The notes below the pieces were generated by a model. The model was given only the letters and a program-made list of their open reading frames with translations. It was not told where the DNA came from and ran no database searches. DNA of 64,000 bases, taken from NCBI RefSeq assembly GCF_037042905.1, contig NC_087245.1, forward strand, positions 37,202,001 through 37,266,000, given 5' to 3'. Source of the stretch: Lytechinus pictus. Lineage: Eukaryota. The position numbers were made by a program, and so were the translations under genes. Shown piece after piece: positions 61,801 through 64,000 of this stretch (within the stretch, counting starts at the first letter, position 1; each line of letters opens with the position of its first letter).

Positions 61801-62278
61801 CATATCATATGATCCAAATTGTGTAATTATTGTTTCCCTATACATATGAAAATACAATTTATTGTTTATTTAATGGTATTTTCTAAAATTGTTTACCTAC
61901 TATTTCTTCATTCATTTTATTTTCTATGAAAAAAGGAATATGTATGTTACATCACAATATGAATAATATAACATACACTTACAGGTCAATAATAAATATT
62001 TTTCAAGTTAAGCAGATAATGCAAATAAAAGGAATTAATATTGGTATTTTCTGATAATGAAATAGCTTGTGACTTTGAATAAATGCATATCGGACAGAGA
62101 AGGTAAATAAAAGGAAAATTACGGTTATGGAGAGAGAGAGTTCACCTCTCCCAAGCTAAAATCAAACCAAAAAAAGCATAGTTACTAGCCTCCTATGTCC
62201 ATTATTCATTGCAGCATTTCCAAGAAATCAATTTTACTTTCATCTCTTTCATCGAATGCCACTTTCACTTGAGACCTG

Positions 62279-62429
62279 GTGGGTGTTTCATGAAAGTTGT
62301 CGGCATTGACTAAATTGTTAGTACTGAAAATTTCAGTGAAATCCTTGGTTTCGATTGGCTGTAAGGCACTGGCCTCTGACTGTTACTATGGTAACTGTCG
62401 GAGAAAGACAACTCTCATGAAACAGTCCC
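62279..62429. mobile_element. PIF/Harbinger-like MITE with CTG TSD
   Basis: CTG|GTGGGTGTTTCATGAAAGTTGTC...GACAACTCTCATGAAACAGTCCC|CTG. Confidence 0.7.
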
Positions 62430-62903
62430 CTGATTCAATGCTTACTAACCATTTCCAATGGTCCGAAGTATCTACTGTCTCTGGTAAATAAATATGGCCA
62501 TACTATCTCCTATTAAACAATCTAATTAAATTGCCATGCATCAGGTTGCGCGCCTGAGAGGTGTATCACCGGTCTGTAAAACAATTCAATGGGTCAAGTC
62601 CATCACACCATAGTCGGTTACAACCCTCAATCAACTCACTCCAGCAATTACAACATTTTGATGAGTGCAAGAAGGACATAATTCTTGAGGTGGAACTTGC
62701 CCAACTCCATTTATTTTCATGTTTCTCCCGTATTTCAAGCCCACCTACTGCGCAGTTTCGGCCAGGAAGTTGCCGGCAATGTGAGCATGGGCAGGGCATA
62801 TGAGAAATTGATTGATTGATTGATTGATTCTTTATTTCCATGCAAAAAATTGATCATACAACATAAAATATATTGACAATATTTCATGGTAAAATAACAA
62901 TAA

Positions 62904-63375
62904 GGCCCCCATTCCACAGAACGGAGACCGTTGAAAGACCACTGAAAGACTTAAAATTGGTGAGGTCTTACAGCGGTCTTCAAGATCACTGAAATTTGTC
63001 ATCTCTGTGGAATGGCTCAGAAAGACCCCTCAAAGAACTCTGAAAGACTGATGGATATTTCTTGTCTTACTGGTCTTAGACTAGTCCTATAGAGATCTTT
63101 CAATGGTCTTTCAGAGATCTTTTATGCAACAAGTGATCTTTCAGAATTCTTTCCATGGACTTTGCCTGGTCTTTCAGTGATCTTTCAGTGATCTTTCAAT
63201 GATCTCTCATGAGTCTTACAGTGATCTCCGCAAAAATCTTGAGAGACTGCCGAAAGATCATTGAAAGACTATAAAGACCTTTGAAAGTTCATCGAAAGAC
63301 TGTTGAAAGACCGCTGAAAGACCGCTGAAAGACCACTGAAAGACCATTTTCTTGTAAGACCGTTGTAAGACTGTT
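62904..63375. mobile_element. Harbinger-like element arm built of 11-bp repeats
   Basis: TAA|GGCCCCCATTCCACAG start; GACCACTGAAA-like units in both orientations. Confidence 0.55.
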
Positions 63376-64000
63376 TTGAACAATCATTGCATGGGAGAGG
63401 ACAGTCATAAGCACAAAGGCTTGAAAAAGGACGCCCCTCAAGAACGACTACGGCCCTGAATATACATCAATACAAGTCCACATTTGAAAATCACGGTAAA
63501 AGCAGGGCCAAAAGGAAAACACATCAAGGATGTCAAGAATAATCTAATGATAATATTAATAACACACCAGCCACGTGTCGATTAATATTACTTTGTTTTA
63601 CATAAGATACATATAAATACAAACAAACAAAAACCTGTGCAAGTAGGCCTACATACATGCAGTATGATGAAATAATGATATAACAATATCTTAAATCAAA
63701 GTGCTAATAATAAGAAAGCTGGTCATATCTTGATCTACCTTCAATTACGATCAAATTTCAATCTAGACAGTTTTGCAAATTCGCCTTTCAATTTTTTACA
63801 AGCATTTCTTAATTGCAGTTGACAAGACATTATTGCAAGCTTGAAAAAAGTCAATCAAATTGAAGCGACATTGTCAACATCAATGCATTCCTTTCCACGC
63901 AAATGGTTGAGAGCTAGGAGGGCATTACATCTCCAACTCCAATACATCAATCATACTGCCTGGTAGAGACTAGAAAACCAAAAAGAAAGTATCTCTTTCA

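Noticed and set aside
58412..64000. Further PDZ-coding exons
   Set aside because: None recognised by eye, so the upstream exons are presumably beyond the window.

Overview
AT-rich, repeat-dense animal genomic DNA. The repeat families and gene structure suggest an invertebrate deuterostome such as a sea urchin, which is inference. There are no prokaryotic features. The only real gene is the 3' part of a neurabin/spinophilin (PPP1R9A-like) gene on the minus strand. Fifteen phase-consistent GT-AG exons run from 58411 to the stop at 16353 (~810 aa) and encode the PDZ C-terminus, coiled coils, an acidic linker, a SAMD14/neurabin-type capping-protein-binding motif, a low-complexity linker, a SAM domain and a basic tail. 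The 5' exons lie beyond the window end. Inside its introns I find candidate frame-preserving microexons (27 and 15 nt), a candidate frame-shifting exon, and a candidate internal first exon next to a CRE-like 66-bp array that would give a SAMD14-like short isoform. The first 11.6 kb is a transposon pile-up: the edge of an 836-bp tandem array, a Sola2-type element with its empty site preserved beside it, a LINE endonuclease relic, and a Blackjack-type hAT carrying two near-identical inverted hAT insertions. Most ORFs in the supplied track are low-complexity or repeat artefacts. Family assignments come from remembered motifs, not from database searches.
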